Source of the DNA: an uncultured Lachnospiraceae bacterium
Lineage (GTDB): Bacteria > Bacillota > Clostridia > Lachnospirales > Lachnospiraceae
Assembly (NCBI GenBank): GCA_910585895.1
Contig: CAJUHY010000004.1
Coordinates: 5,010-69,009 of the forward strand
Reading direction: 5' to 3'
Length of the DNA: 64,000 nucleotides
Shown: one piece after another, positions 39,337 to 48,684 of the stretch
Layout of the letters: every line of letters begins with the position of its first letter
How positions within the stretch are numbered: position 1 is the stretch's first letter
The notes under the pieces: generated by a model
What the model saw: only the letters and a program-made list of their open reading frames with translations
Database searches by the model: none
What the model was told of the DNA's origin: nothing
Position numbers and translations under genes: made by a program

Positions 39337-39488
39337 CATGAGGAGGGACCAGATGACCTGAGGGGGGACCCAACGAAGTTGGGGAGAGTCCTGAGGTCAC
39401 CCATCGTTATCAGTGAAGTAAGTTTAAGCTGGGAGGGGCCCTGATGTCTCTGAGAACAGCCAAAGAAGTGCTATGACATAAGGAGGGA
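39328..39488. repeat. 70-bp element, locus C (one copy nested in another, plus repeated left arm)
   Basis: GTGCTATGACAT(G/A)AGGAGGGA at 39328 and 39468 (period 140). A complete inner unit at 39355-39424 splits the outer unit (39335-39354 + 39425-39474). Confidence 0.88.
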
Positions 39489-39493
39489 ACGAT

Positions 39494-40756
39494 ATGGAAC
39501 AGGCGGCAATCAAGGTGACGCAGGTCAGTAAAATATATAAACTCTATGATACGCCTTCCGCACGGCTCAAAGATGCGCTGGGGCTTGCCAGGAACAAAAA
39601 CTACCGGGAGCATCAGGCGTTGCGGAGCGTGGACTTAGAGATTGGGAAGGGAGAGACCATCGGAATTATCGGCACCAATGGTTCCGGCAAATCTACGCTC
39701 CTCAAAATCATCACGGGCGTGCTCGCGCCAACGGGCGGCACAGTGGAGGTGAAGGGCCGTATTTCTGCACTGCTGGAATTAGGAGCAGGTTTTAACCAGG
39801 AATATACGGGAATTGAGAATGTCTACCTGCAGGGTACGATGATGGGGTTTACCCGGGAAGAGATTGCTGGGAAGATGGACGATATTTTAGAGTTTGCGGA
39901 CATTGGGGAGTTTGTCAACCAGCCCGTGAAGACGTATTCCAGCGGTATGTTTGTACGCCTGGCCTTTGCAGTGGCAATCAATATTGAGCCGGAAATCCTC
40001 ATTGTGGATGAGGCGTTGTCCGTGGGAGACGTATTTTTTCAGGCCAAATGCTACCGTAAGTTTGAAGAATTTAAGGAGATGGGCAGAACAATTCTTTTTG
40101 TCAGCCATGATTTAAGCAGCATCACCAAATACTGTGACAGGGCTGTTCTCCTGAACAAAGGCGTAAAGGTGATGGAGGGAACGCCCAAGGAGGCGGTGGA
40201 CCGCTATAAGATGGCACTGGTGGAGCAGAAGGAAGCAGAACGCCTGGAAAATACAGCATTGTGGAAGCCCAAAGATTCCGCCGGTAAATGGAGAGACAAT
40301 ATCAGTATCAATCCCGAGACGTTAGAGTATGGAGATAAACGAGCGGAAATCATAGATTTTGCCATAGCAGACGAGACCGGCAAACTGTCAAATGTGATTG
40401 AGAAAGGCGCGCCGTTCACGATTAAGATGAAAGTGCAGTTCCATGAAGATGTGGCAGAGCCGATTTTTGCATTTACCTTAAAAAATCTTATGGGAATTGA
40501 GCTTACCGGCACCAATACTATGATTGAGAAAAAGATGTTTGAGCCGGTGAAAAAAGGTGATACAAAAATCATCAGCTTTTCCCAGAAAATGACGCTGCAG
40601 GGTGGGGAATACCTGTTGTCTTTTGGCTGCACGGGATATGAGAAGGAAGAGTTCAAGGTGCACCACAGGCTTTATGATGTGTGCAGCCTGGGAGTTGTTT
40701 CTGAGAAAAATACAGTGGGATATTTCGATATGGAATCCACTGTGGAGATAGAGTAG
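39494..40756 (+). CDS. wzt: Polysaccharide ABC exporter ATPase with C-terminal carbohydrate-binding domain
   Basis: GTNGSGKST, YSSGMFVRLAF, DEALSVGD, plus a ~150-aa Wzt_C-type extension (EYGD..AEI...). Confidence 0.92.
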   Translation: MEQAAIKVTQVSKIYKLYDTPSARLKDALGLARNKNYREHQALRSVDLEIGKGETIGIIGTNGSGKSTLLKIITGVLAPTGGTVEVKGRISALLELGAGFNQEYTGIENVYLQGTMMGFTREEIAGKMDDILEFADIGEFVNQPVKTYSSGMFVRLAFAVAINIEPEILIVDEALSVGDVFFQAKCYRKFEEFKEMGRTILFVSHDLSSITKYCDRAVLLNKGVKVMEGTPKEAVDRYKMALVEQKEAERLENTALWKPKDSAGKWRDNISINPETLEYGDKRAEIIDFAIADETGKLSNVIEKGAPFTIKMKVQFHEDVAEPIFAFTLKNLMGIELTGTNTMIEKKMFEPVKKGDTKIISFSQKMTLQGGEYLLSFGCTGYEKEEFKVHHRLYDVCSLGVVSEKNTVGYFDMESTVEIE

Positions 40757-40769
40757 AGGGACAGGACGT

Positions 40770-43205
40770 ATGCTGGAAAAGTTTAATGTAGTAAGAGTCA
40801 GATTTCATATAGAAGAAGATGATGTGCTGGTAATTCAGGGCTGGAAATATGGAATGTCAGAGAAAGAAGAGCTGGCTGTGACCCTGGATGGGAAGCAGCT
40901 TCCTCTGCAAACGGAGAAGTATGACGGTATGGAAGTACGCCAGCGTTATATGGTTTATGACTTGGGCATTGAGGAAGAATATTTTCTGTATGTGAAGCTG
41001 CCCCGGGATTTTGCGTGCAAGAAGGAACTTCAGCTGCGGGCAGGAAAGCAGCTTATCCGCAGTTTTAAGGTATCGGAGCTGCGCAGGCAGCAGCGGGAAC
41101 TGGATTTGTTCGTGGAACAGACGGTACTTACTAAGGGACAGTGTTATATCAAAGGATGGGCGGCCTGCAATGAGCCCATCGCTATTCGGGCATTTGGTCC
41201 CGGAGGTAAAGAATTGCCCTGTGAAGTTTCCTGGCATGAGCGCAGGGATGTGGCCCAGGTCTACCGCGAAGTAAAGCATATGCCCGATGCGGGTTTTGAA
41301 GTGAGACTGCCTCATCGCGGTCTGTCTCAGGTAAAGCTGGAATTTGCAGGTCATTGCCGCAGGAGCAGAACAAAGATTCCCATAGTGACAACGTTTTTGT
41401 TTGAAAATGTAATGGGGAGCAGTTATCTCGGCAAGGGGATGCGTTTCCTGCAGCGTCACGGTCTCAAAGAATTCAGCGCCCGCACCATGCAGGTACTGCT
41501 GCAGAAATCCGCCCCGCAGGGAGATTATGAGAAATACCGCCGCGCCGTGGCTCCGACAGAGGAGCAATTAAATCAGCAGCGTAAGCACAGATGGGACAAT
41601 CCGCCGCTGTTTTCTATTGTCGTACCCTTATATCGTACGCCCATCAAATATCTGGAGCAGCTGGTAAAGTCTATCCAGTCGCAGACTTATGGCAACTGGG
41701 AACTGTGCCTGTCGGACGGAAGCGGAGCAGATTCTCCCTTAGAGGGCTATCTGAACAGACTGAAACAGCGTGAAAGTCGCGTGAAAGTCGTGTGTCATGG
41801 GAGCTCATTACAGATATCTGATAATACGAATGCAGCAATCCGCGAGGCTGCTGGAGATTATCTTGTCTTTGCGGATCATGATGATTTGCTGGCAGAGGAT
41901 GCATTGTATGAATGCGCCAGGGTACTGCAGGAGCAGCCGGAGACAGAACTGATTTACTCGGATGAGGACAAGGTCTCCATGAATGGGAAACGGTATTTTC
42001 AGCCTCATTTCAAGTCAGATTATAACCCGGATCTTCTGTGCAGCATGAATTATTTCTGCCACCTGATGGTAGTCAGGCGTTCGCTTGCCGAACAGGCTGG
42101 ATTGCTGGACGGAGCGTTTGATGGAGCGCAGGATTACGATTTTGTACTGCGATGTACCGAACATACTGACAGGATTGTCCATATTCCCAAGGCGCTGTAT
42201 CATTGGCGGGCTCATGAGCATTCTACAGCGGAGAATCCAGAGAGCAAGCGGTATGCCTTTGAGGCGGGGATGCGGGCTGTTCAGGCACATTATGACAGGA
42301 GAAATCTCCCGGCAAAAGTGGAGATGGGAAAGTATCTTGGTCTTTACCGGACTACCTGGCTGTGGAAGGAACAGCCGCTGGTTTCCATACTGATTCCCAA
42401 CAAAGACCATACCGAAGATCTTGATAAATGTATAAGTTCCATTGAGCAGAAATCATCTTACCGGAATTATGAATATATCATTATCGAAAATAACAGCGAA
42501 TTAGAGGAGACCTTTGCTTATTATGACAAACTGCAGGCAGAAAATGAGAAAGCCCATGTTGTGTACTGGAAAGGGGAATTCAATTTCTCGGCAATCAACA
42601 ATTTTGGCGCCGGGTTTGCCCAAGGGGATTATCTCCTGCTGTTGAATAACGATACAGAAATCATCCATCCTGACTGCTTGTGGCAGCTTTTAGGCTACTG
42701 TATGCGGGAGGATGTAGGTGCGGTAGGCGCAAGGCTTTACTACGAGGACGGTACGATTCAGCACGCAGGGGTGGTTCTGGGGTTCGGGGGAATTGCCGGC
42801 CACACGTTTATCGGTTTTGACCACAATGCCAACGGTTATTTTTCGAGAATTATCTGTGCACAGGATTACAGTGCGGTTACGGCGGCATGTATGATGACGA
42901 AAAAGTCTGTCTATGAGGCGGTTGGCGGGCTCACGGAAGAGCTTGTGGTAGCGTTTAACGACATTGATTATTGCATGAAAGTGCGGGAATTGGGGAAATT
43001 GGTAGTCTATAACCCTTATGCACAGCTCTATCATTATGAATCCAAGTCACGCGGTCTTGAGGATTCTCCCCAAAAGCAGGAGCGTTATTATAAGGAAATG
43101 AAATATTTTGTAACCAAATGGAAAGAATGTCTGGACAATGGAGACCCTTATTATAATCCCAACCTTACGCTGTCAAAGGCAGATTTTTCCCTGAAACAGG
43201 TATAG
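40770..43205 (+). CDS. Dual-domain GT2 glycosyltransferase (WsaE/EpaN-like, probable rhamnan polymerase)
   Basis: DHDD/YSDEDK/GAQDYD domain followed by IPNKD/LNNDTE/FNDIDYC/HYESKSRG domain. Confidence 0.9.
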   Translation: MLEKFNVVRVRFHIEEDDVLVIQGWKYGMSEKEELAVTLDGKQLPLQTEKYDGMEVRQRYMVYDLGIEEEYFLYVKLPRDFACKKELQLRAGKQLIRSFKVSELRRQQRELDLFVEQTVLTKGQCYIKGWAACNEPIAIRAFGPGGKELPCEVSWHERRDVAQVYREVKHMPDAGFEVRLPHRGLSQVKLEFAGHCRRSRTKIPIVTTFLFENVMGSSYLGKGMRFLQRHGLKEFSARTMQVLLQKSAPQGDYEKYRRAVAPTEEQLNQQRKHRWDNPPLFSIVVPLYRTPIKYLEQLVKSIQSQTYGNWELCLSDGSGADSPLEGYLNRLKQRESRVKVVCHGSSLQISDNTNAAIREAAGDYLVFADHDDLLAEDALYECARVLQEQPETELIYSDEDKVSMNGKRYFQPHFKSDYNPDLLCSMNYFCHLMVVRRSLAEQAGLLDGAFDGAQDYDFVLRCTEHTDRIVHIPKALYHWRAHEHSTAENPESKRYAFEAGMRAVQAHYDRRNLPAKVEMGKYLGLYRTTWLWKEQPLVSILIPNKDHTEDLDKCISSIEQKSSYRNYEYIIIENNSELEETFAYYDKLQAENEKAHVVYWKGEFNFSAINNFGAGFAQGDYLLLLNNDTEIIHPDCLWQLLGYCMREDVGAVGARLYYEDGTIQHAGVVLGFGGIAGHTFIGFDHNANGYFSRIICAQDYSAVTAACMMTKKSVYEAVGGLTEELVVAFNDIDYCMKVRELGKLVVYNPYAQLYHYESKSRGLEDSPQKQERYYKEMKYFVTKWKECLDNGDPYYNPNLTLSKADFSLKQV

Positions 43206-43227
43206 GCTGCAGAGAACGGAGGAAGTT

Positions 43228-45381
43228 ATGGAGCGAATCGGAAATGTCATTCTGGATGATACCCACTATCCGGGAGAAGATCTCTACAGTGACGGAGCAG
43301 TGGAAGACCATATTCTGGAACTGGTGAAGACTTATCCTGAGACGGAATATCCGCAGGTGATTGCGCAGGAAAGGGACTGGGCAGTGATGTACCATCTCGC
43401 ACACGAGCGTGAGAATATTTTGAGCTGGTATCCGTTTGCACCTGGAGCGAAGGTGTTGGAGGTTGGTTCCGGCTGCGGCGCCGTCACTGGGGCAGTGGCT
43501 GCGACTGCCCGGTCTGTAACCTGTATTGACCTCTCCAAGAAACGAAGCATGGTCAATGCCGTCCGCCATAAGGATAGCAGCAATATTACCATTTGTCTGG
43601 GCAACTTTCAGGATGTGGAGAAGGACCTGGAGAATGATTTTGACTATGCAACGCTGATTGGCGTGTTTGAGTACGGCAAGGGCTATATTGGCGGGGAAAA
43701 GCCGTACCATGGTTTTCTGACCACGGTCATGGAGCATGTACGTCCCGGCGGAAAGCTTCTGCTTGCCATTGAAAATAAATTTGGTCTCAAATACTGGGCA
43801 GGTTGTCGGGAGGACCACGCAGGCATGTATTTTGAAGGTCTGGAAGGTTATCAGCACACGGAAAATGTCCGTACTTTTTCCCGGCCGGAACTGATACGGA
43901 TTATGGAGGAATGCGGATATACGGATTACAAATTCTATTATCCGTATCCCGACTATAAATTTCCAGCAGCCGTGTATTCGGACAACTATCTGCCGCAGCC
44001 AGGAGAACTGAACCGCAATATCTGCAATTTTGACAGGGACCGTCTGGTACTGATGGATGAAGGGAAGGTCTTCGACCAGATTTTGCAGGACCATTTGTTT
44101 CCCCTGTATGCCAATTCATTTTTTGTGGAGATTACCAAACCAGGCATAGATGAGTCGCAGCCTGAGCAGCTGCTCTATACGAAATATTCCAGCGGACGCA
44201 GCAAGCAATTTTCTATACAGACCCGCATTGTCCGGGACAGGGATGGGAAGAATATTGTATATAAGAAAGCAGAATATGCCGAAGGGCAGAAACATCTTGG
44301 GCATATCGCCGAGGCGGCAAAGCAGCTTGATGATGTGTGGAAGGAGTATGGACAGTTCTCGGTAAACCGCTGCGTGTCCAGAGATGGACGCGTTGAGTTT
44401 GAATATTTGCAGGGGATTACTGTAGAAGAAGAACTTGATGGTTTGCTGTCTCAGGGAAATACACAGGAGGCGGCAAAAGTTCTCCGAGAAGCGGCGGGCA
44501 GGATTTGTGGCAGCGCCAGGACCGAGCAATTCAAGGTAACGCCGGAGTTTAAACAGGTTTTTGGCGAGGCGCAGATTCCCGCAGGAGAACCCTCCTTTAC
44601 AGTGGCGGACATCGATTTGATTTTTTCCAATCTTCGTAAAACGGCGGATGGCAAGTGGAACGTGTTGGATTATGAATGGACGTTTTTCTTTGCAGTCCCG
44701 GTAAAATATATTTTATTCCGCGCACTGCACTATTACCTGGAAAGCGCTCCTATCCGCGCGGAATTTGGCAAATTGTTTGATTTTTACGAGGAATACGGCA
44801 TTACGCGGGAGCAGCGGGAAATTTACCGGCAGATGGAACTTCATTTTCAGAAGTATGTCGCGGGTTCCGGTATTTCTCCCGGAAGCCTCTACTGTACGAT
44901 GGGCAAACCGGCGCTTCCATTGGGGCAGCTGCTGGCGGAGACGGAGCGAAGGAAAGTTCAGGTGTATCTTGATTATGGGCAGGGCTTTTGCGAGGAGAAT
45001 TCCTACTTTGTGGAGCAAAAAAACGGCAAAGAAACGCATTACATTGTCACAATTCCCGAACAGGCAGTTGGTGTGACGATTGACCCGGCATTCAGCGCAT
45101 GTTTTCTGAAAGATGTAAGCCTGACCTGGATAGGGGAAGAGGGGCAGAATCTTGCGCCGGTTCTTTATGAAACCACCGGATACCGGGCAGGAGCGGACGG
45201 ATATGTGTTTGACAATTGTGACCCAAAGATTATAATAAAGTCAATGATGGAGACGAGCCGCAGGATAGAGGTTTCCTACCGCATTAATCTTCTGGAGGAG
45301 GAGACGGTGGAGCTCTTACTGGGCAAAATGGATACGAAAGGGCGCGACAGGAAGAAAGTGCGCAGGTTGATAAAAGGGTAA
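43228..45381 (+). CDS. Class I SAM methyltransferase fused to a kinase-like domain
   Basis: VLEVGSGCG SAM motif; VYKK, FEYLQG, DLIFSN and LDYEW phosphotransferase-like motifs. Confidence 0.78.
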   Translation: MERIGNVILDDTHYPGEDLYSDGAVEDHILELVKTYPETEYPQVIAQERDWAVMYHLAHERENILSWYPFAPGAKVLEVGSGCGAVTGAVAATARSVTCIDLSKKRSMVNAVRHKDSSNITICLGNFQDVEKDLENDFDYATLIGVFEYGKGYIGGEKPYHGFLTTVMEHVRPGGKLLLAIENKFGLKYWAGCREDHAGMYFEGLEGYQHTENVRTFSRPELIRIMEECGYTDYKFYYPYPDYKFPAAVYSDNYLPQPGELNRNICNFDRDRLVLMDEGKVFDQILQDHLFPLYANSFFVEITKPGIDESQPEQLLYTKYSSGRSKQFSIQTRIVRDRDGKNIVYKKAEYAEGQKHLGHIAEAAKQLDDVWKEYGQFSVNRCVSRDGRVEFEYLQGITVEEELDGLLSQGNTQEAAKVLREAAGRICGSARTEQFKVTPEFKQVFGEAQIPAGEPSFTVADIDLIFSNLRKTADGKWNVLDYEWTFFFAVPVKYILFRALHYYLESAPIRAEFGKLFDFYEEYGITREQREIYRQMELHFQKYVAGSGISPGSLYCTMGKPALPLGQLLAETERRKVQVYLDYGQGFCEENSYFVEQKNGKETHYIVTIPEQAVGVTIDPAFSACFLKDVSLTWIGEEGQNLAPVLYETTGYRAGADGYVFDNCDPKIIIKSMMETSRRIEVSYRINLLEEETVELLLGKMDTKGRDRKKVRRLIKG

Positions 45382-45385
45382 GTAT

Positions 45386-46744
45386 ATGGGAAGAAGAGAG
45401 CAATACAAACATTTATTGAATCTGTTTGCGAACACTATCATGCTGCTTATCGAAGCAGCTATGTTCGGATACATGTGGTATCAGGTATATACGCCGATGC
45501 TGCATAAGGCAAGCCGTTTCTGGAACAGGGGTAACTGGGCGGTTATCGGCATGTATGTATTGATTATGTACTTTTTTACGAGGACATATGGCGGTTACCG
45601 TATCGGCTATCTGCGTATCACGGACATCTGCCTGTCCCAGATTCTCGCGATATTTTCTGCCAATGTTGTCGGTTATATTCAGGTTTGTATGATTGCCAAT
45701 GATTATATGCCGGTCCATCCAATGGCGGCGCTGATGGGGGCTGAGCTTCTGGTAATTCTGCCAGGCGTTTATCTGGTGAGATTCATTTATACCAGGCTTT
45801 ACCCTCCCAGGAGGATGATTGTCATTTATGGGCAGCATTCGCCGGATGATTTAATTGACAAAATCAATTCCCGCAAGGACAAATACAATGTCTGTGCCAC
45901 AGCGAGCGTGTATATGGGCTACAAGGAGTTGTATAGGAAAATTATGGATTACGATGCGGTGGTGCTCTGCGACCTGCCTACGAAAATGCGTAATCCCATT
46001 CTTAAGTTTTGCTTTGACCAAGGCAAAAGGACATATATTACGCCGAAAATTTCAGACATTATCCTTACCGGGACGGAGCGGATTCATCTCTTTGATTCGC
46101 CCTTGATGCTCTCAAGAAACAGAGGACTGACAATTGAGCAGCGGTTTATTAAGAGGACCATGGATATTGTACTGTCCTCCATAGCCATCGTCATCTCTTC
46201 TCCTGTATTGTTGCTGATTGCAGCAAGCATCAAGCTCTATGACAAGGGACCGGTGTTCTATACCCAGGAACGTCTCACCAGGGATGGCGAGATTTTTCGT
46301 ATTATCAAATTCCGCAGTATGCGCATGGATTCAGAAAAAGATGGGGCGCAGCTTGCCAGAAAGGATGATGACCGCATCACTCCGGTTGGCAGGATTATCC
46401 GGCGGACGCATTTTGACGAACTGCCCCAGATTTTTAATATACTGAAAGGAGAAATGTCTTTCGTCGGTCCGCGTCCGGAGCGGGAGCAGATTGCCCACGA
46501 ATATGAACAGGTTATTCCGGAGTTCAGCTTCCGCCTGAAGGTAAAAGCAGGACTGACCGGATATGCACAGGTTTACGGGAAATACAATACCACGCCTTAC
46601 GATAAGCTGAAATTGGACCTGACGTATATTGAGAGTTACTCCTTCTGGCTGGACATTAAGCTGATGCTGATGACGTTTAAAATTATATTCCAGAAAGAAA
46701 ACACGGAAGGGATTGATAAGAATCAGGTTACTGCCGTAAAATGA
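45386..46744 (+). CDS. Priming polyprenyl glycosylphosphotransferase (bacterial sugar transferase)
   Basis: IKRTMDI, KFRSM, DELPQ.FN.LKGEMS.VGPRPE, GLTGYAQV. Confidence 0.95.
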   Translation: MGRREQYKHLLNLFANTIMLLIEAAMFGYMWYQVYTPMLHKASRFWNRGNWAVIGMYVLIMYFFTRTYGGYRIGYLRITDICLSQILAIFSANVVGYIQVCMIANDYMPVHPMAALMGAELLVILPGVYLVRFIYTRLYPPRRMIVIYGQHSPDDLIDKINSRKDKYNVCATASVYMGYKELYRKIMDYDAVVLCDLPTKMRNPILKFCFDQGKRTYITPKISDIILTGTERIHLFDSPLMLSRNRGLTIEQRFIKRTMDIVLSSIAIVISSPVLLLIAASIKLYDKGPVFYTQERLTRDGEIFRIIKFRSMRMDSEKDGAQLARKDDDRITPVGRIIRRTHFDELPQIFNILKGEMSFVGPRPEREQIAHEYEQVIPEFSFRLKVKAGLTGYAQVYGKYNTTPYDKLKLDLTYIESYSFWLDIKLMLMTFKIIFQKENTEGIDKNQVTAVK

Positions 46745-46771
46745 CCAAACAGATAAAATAAGGAGAATCAC

Positions 46772-47521
46772 ATGAATAGCCAGATAACTGTATCCGTAAT
46801 TATGCCGGCGTACAATGCTGAAAAATATATTGCACAGGCGATTGAGTCCGTATTATTCCAGAACGTGCCGCTGGAACTGCTGGTGATTGATGATTGTTCT
46901 TCGGACCATACGGCGGAAGTGGCCAGACGGTATGCAGATGGGAAAAAAGTGATACTCATCTGCAATGACAGAAACCTGGGAGTGGCGGAAAGCCGCAACA
47001 TAGGGATACGGCGCGCTGTGGGGAAGTATGTGGCATTTCTTGATGCAGATGATTGGTGGTGTGAGGGAAAGTTAGAAGCGCAGTGCCAAAAACTCGAAGG
47101 GTCAGATTCTGTGCTCTGCTGTACCGCCCGGGAATTGATGAGTTCAGATGGGACGTCCCAGAACAAGGTTATAGAGGCGCCTGAGAAAATCACATATTCC
47201 ATGCTGCTGCGGACCAACAGCATTCCCTGTTCTTCCGTATTGCTGGAAACCCGGGTGGCGAAAGAGTTCTATATGTGCCATGATGAACTGCATGAAGATT
47301 ATATTCTGTGGCTGCGCGTACTGCAGAAGTATGGCGCGGCAATCGGCATAAATAAGCCTTTCCTGTTTAGCCGTATGAGCCAGGGAGGCAAGTCCAGAAA
47401 CAAACTGAAGTCAGCGAAGATGCAGTTTGGCGTGTACCGTTATATGGGATTTGGCATTATTGCCTCCTGCTATTATTTCCTGATGTATGCCATAAACGGC
47501 GTCAGGAAGTATAGAGCATAA
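46772..47521 (+). CDS. GT2 glycosyltransferase (TuaG-like)
   Basis: SVIMPAYN, DDCSSD, FLDADD, HEDY..W, SRNKLKSA. Confidence 0.88.
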   Translation: MNSQITVSVIMPAYNAEKYIAQAIESVLFQNVPLELLVIDDCSSDHTAEVARRYADGKKVILICNDRNLGVAESRNIGIRRAVGKYVAFLDADDWWCEGKLEAQCQKLEGSDSVLCCTARELMSSDGTSQNKVIEAPEKITYSMLLRTNSIPCSSVLLETRVAKEFYMCHDELHEDYILWLRVLQKYGAAIGINKPFLFSRMSQGGKSRNKLKSAKMQFGVYRYMGFGIIASCYYFLMYAINGVRKYRA

Positions 47522-47537
47522 GGGCTGGGCAATTTTG

Positions 47538-47566
47538 TTGCATTTATAAGATAAGTGTGATATATT
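47538..47566 (+). promoter_or_regulatory. Putative sigma-A promoter for the distal glycan operon
   Basis: TTGCAT-17 nt-TATATT with TGn extension, in an AT-rich gap. Confidence 0.6.
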
Positions 47567-47625
47567 TATAAAAATGTGGCAATCTATACTATAGAAATAT
47601 ATTCGAGAGGATACGGAGGAAAAAA

Positions 47626-48654
47626 GTGAAATTAATTATACAGATACCTTGCTATAATGAAGCGGAAACATTAGAGATTGCACTGAACGACTTGCCAAGG
47701 AAGATAGCTGGGATAGACGAGATTGAATATCTGATTATCAATGACGGAAGTAAGGATAATACTGTAGAGGTAGCAAGAAAATGGGGCGTCCACTATGTTG
47801 TGGATTTAAAGAGGAACAAGGGACTGGCGAAAGGTTTTATGGCAGGTCTCGATGCTTGTCTGCGCAACGGCGCGGACATTATTGTCAATACGGATGCGGA
47901 TAACCAGTATTGTGCCGATGACATTGAGAAACTCGTACGACCGATTATTGAGGGCAAAACAGACATTGTCATTGGAGAAAGACCGGTGGATGATACGGAG
48001 CATTGGTCGCCCTTGAAGAAGCGGCTGCAGCATCTGGGCAGCTGGGTGGTCCGTAAAGCTTCCCGCAGCGATATTCCCGATGCGCCGAGCGGATTCCGTG
48101 CCTACAGCCGGGAAGCTGCCATGCGGCTCAATGTGGTGAATGAATATACCTATACCCTGGAAACGATTGTACAGGCAGGAAGAAGCAAAATTGCCATGGA
48201 ATCTGTGCCTATCCGCACAAATGCCGAACTTCGGCCGTCTCGTTTGTTTAACAGTATGTTTGGTTACGTGAAGAAATCCATGCTCACAATCCTGCGGGCA
48301 TTTATGATGTATCGGCCATTGATGGTTTTTTCTATTATCGGAAGCATCTTTTTCCTGGTGGGATTTGCAATAGGAATCCGTTTCCTCGTGTTTTATTTTA
48401 ACGGAAGCGGAGCCGGGCATATGCAGTCCCTGATTTTGGCAAGTACGCTGATGCTCCTGGGATTCCAGACTTTTATTGTGGGGCTGGAGGCAGATATTAT
48501 CTCTGCTAACCGCAAAATATTGGAAGATGTGCAGTATCATGTGCGCAAATTGGATTTTGACAAGGATGCAGAGAACAAGAGAAAAGAAAATGAAAGCGGC
48601 AATCAACCCAAAGTGCAGGCGGAAACAGGCAAGAAGAAAAAACATGGAAAATAA
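47626..48654 (+). CDS. Polyprenol-phosphate glycosyltransferase (DPM-synthase-like GT2)
   Basis: IPCYNE, NDGSKD, TDADNQY, DAPSGFRA, two C-terminal TMs. Confidence 0.88.
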   Translation: MKLIIQIPCYNEAETLEIALNDLPRKIAGIDEIEYLIINDGSKDNTVEVARKWGVHYVVDLKRNKGLAKGFMAGLDACLRNGADIIVNTDADNQYCADDIEKLVRPIIEGKTDIVIGERPVDDTEHWSPLKKRLQHLGSWVVRKASRSDIPDAPSGFRAYSREAAMRLNVVNEYTYTLETIVQAGRSKIAMESVPIRTNAELRPSRLFNSMFGYVKKSMLTILRAFMMYRPLMVFSIIGSIFFLVGFAIGIRFLVFYFNGSGAGHMQSLILASTLMLLGFQTFIVGLEADIISANRKILEDVQYHVRKLDFDKDAENKRKENESGNQPKVQAETGKKKKHGK

Positions 48655-48684
48655 TGTGGGTTGCTGTGTGCAGAGGAAGACAAT

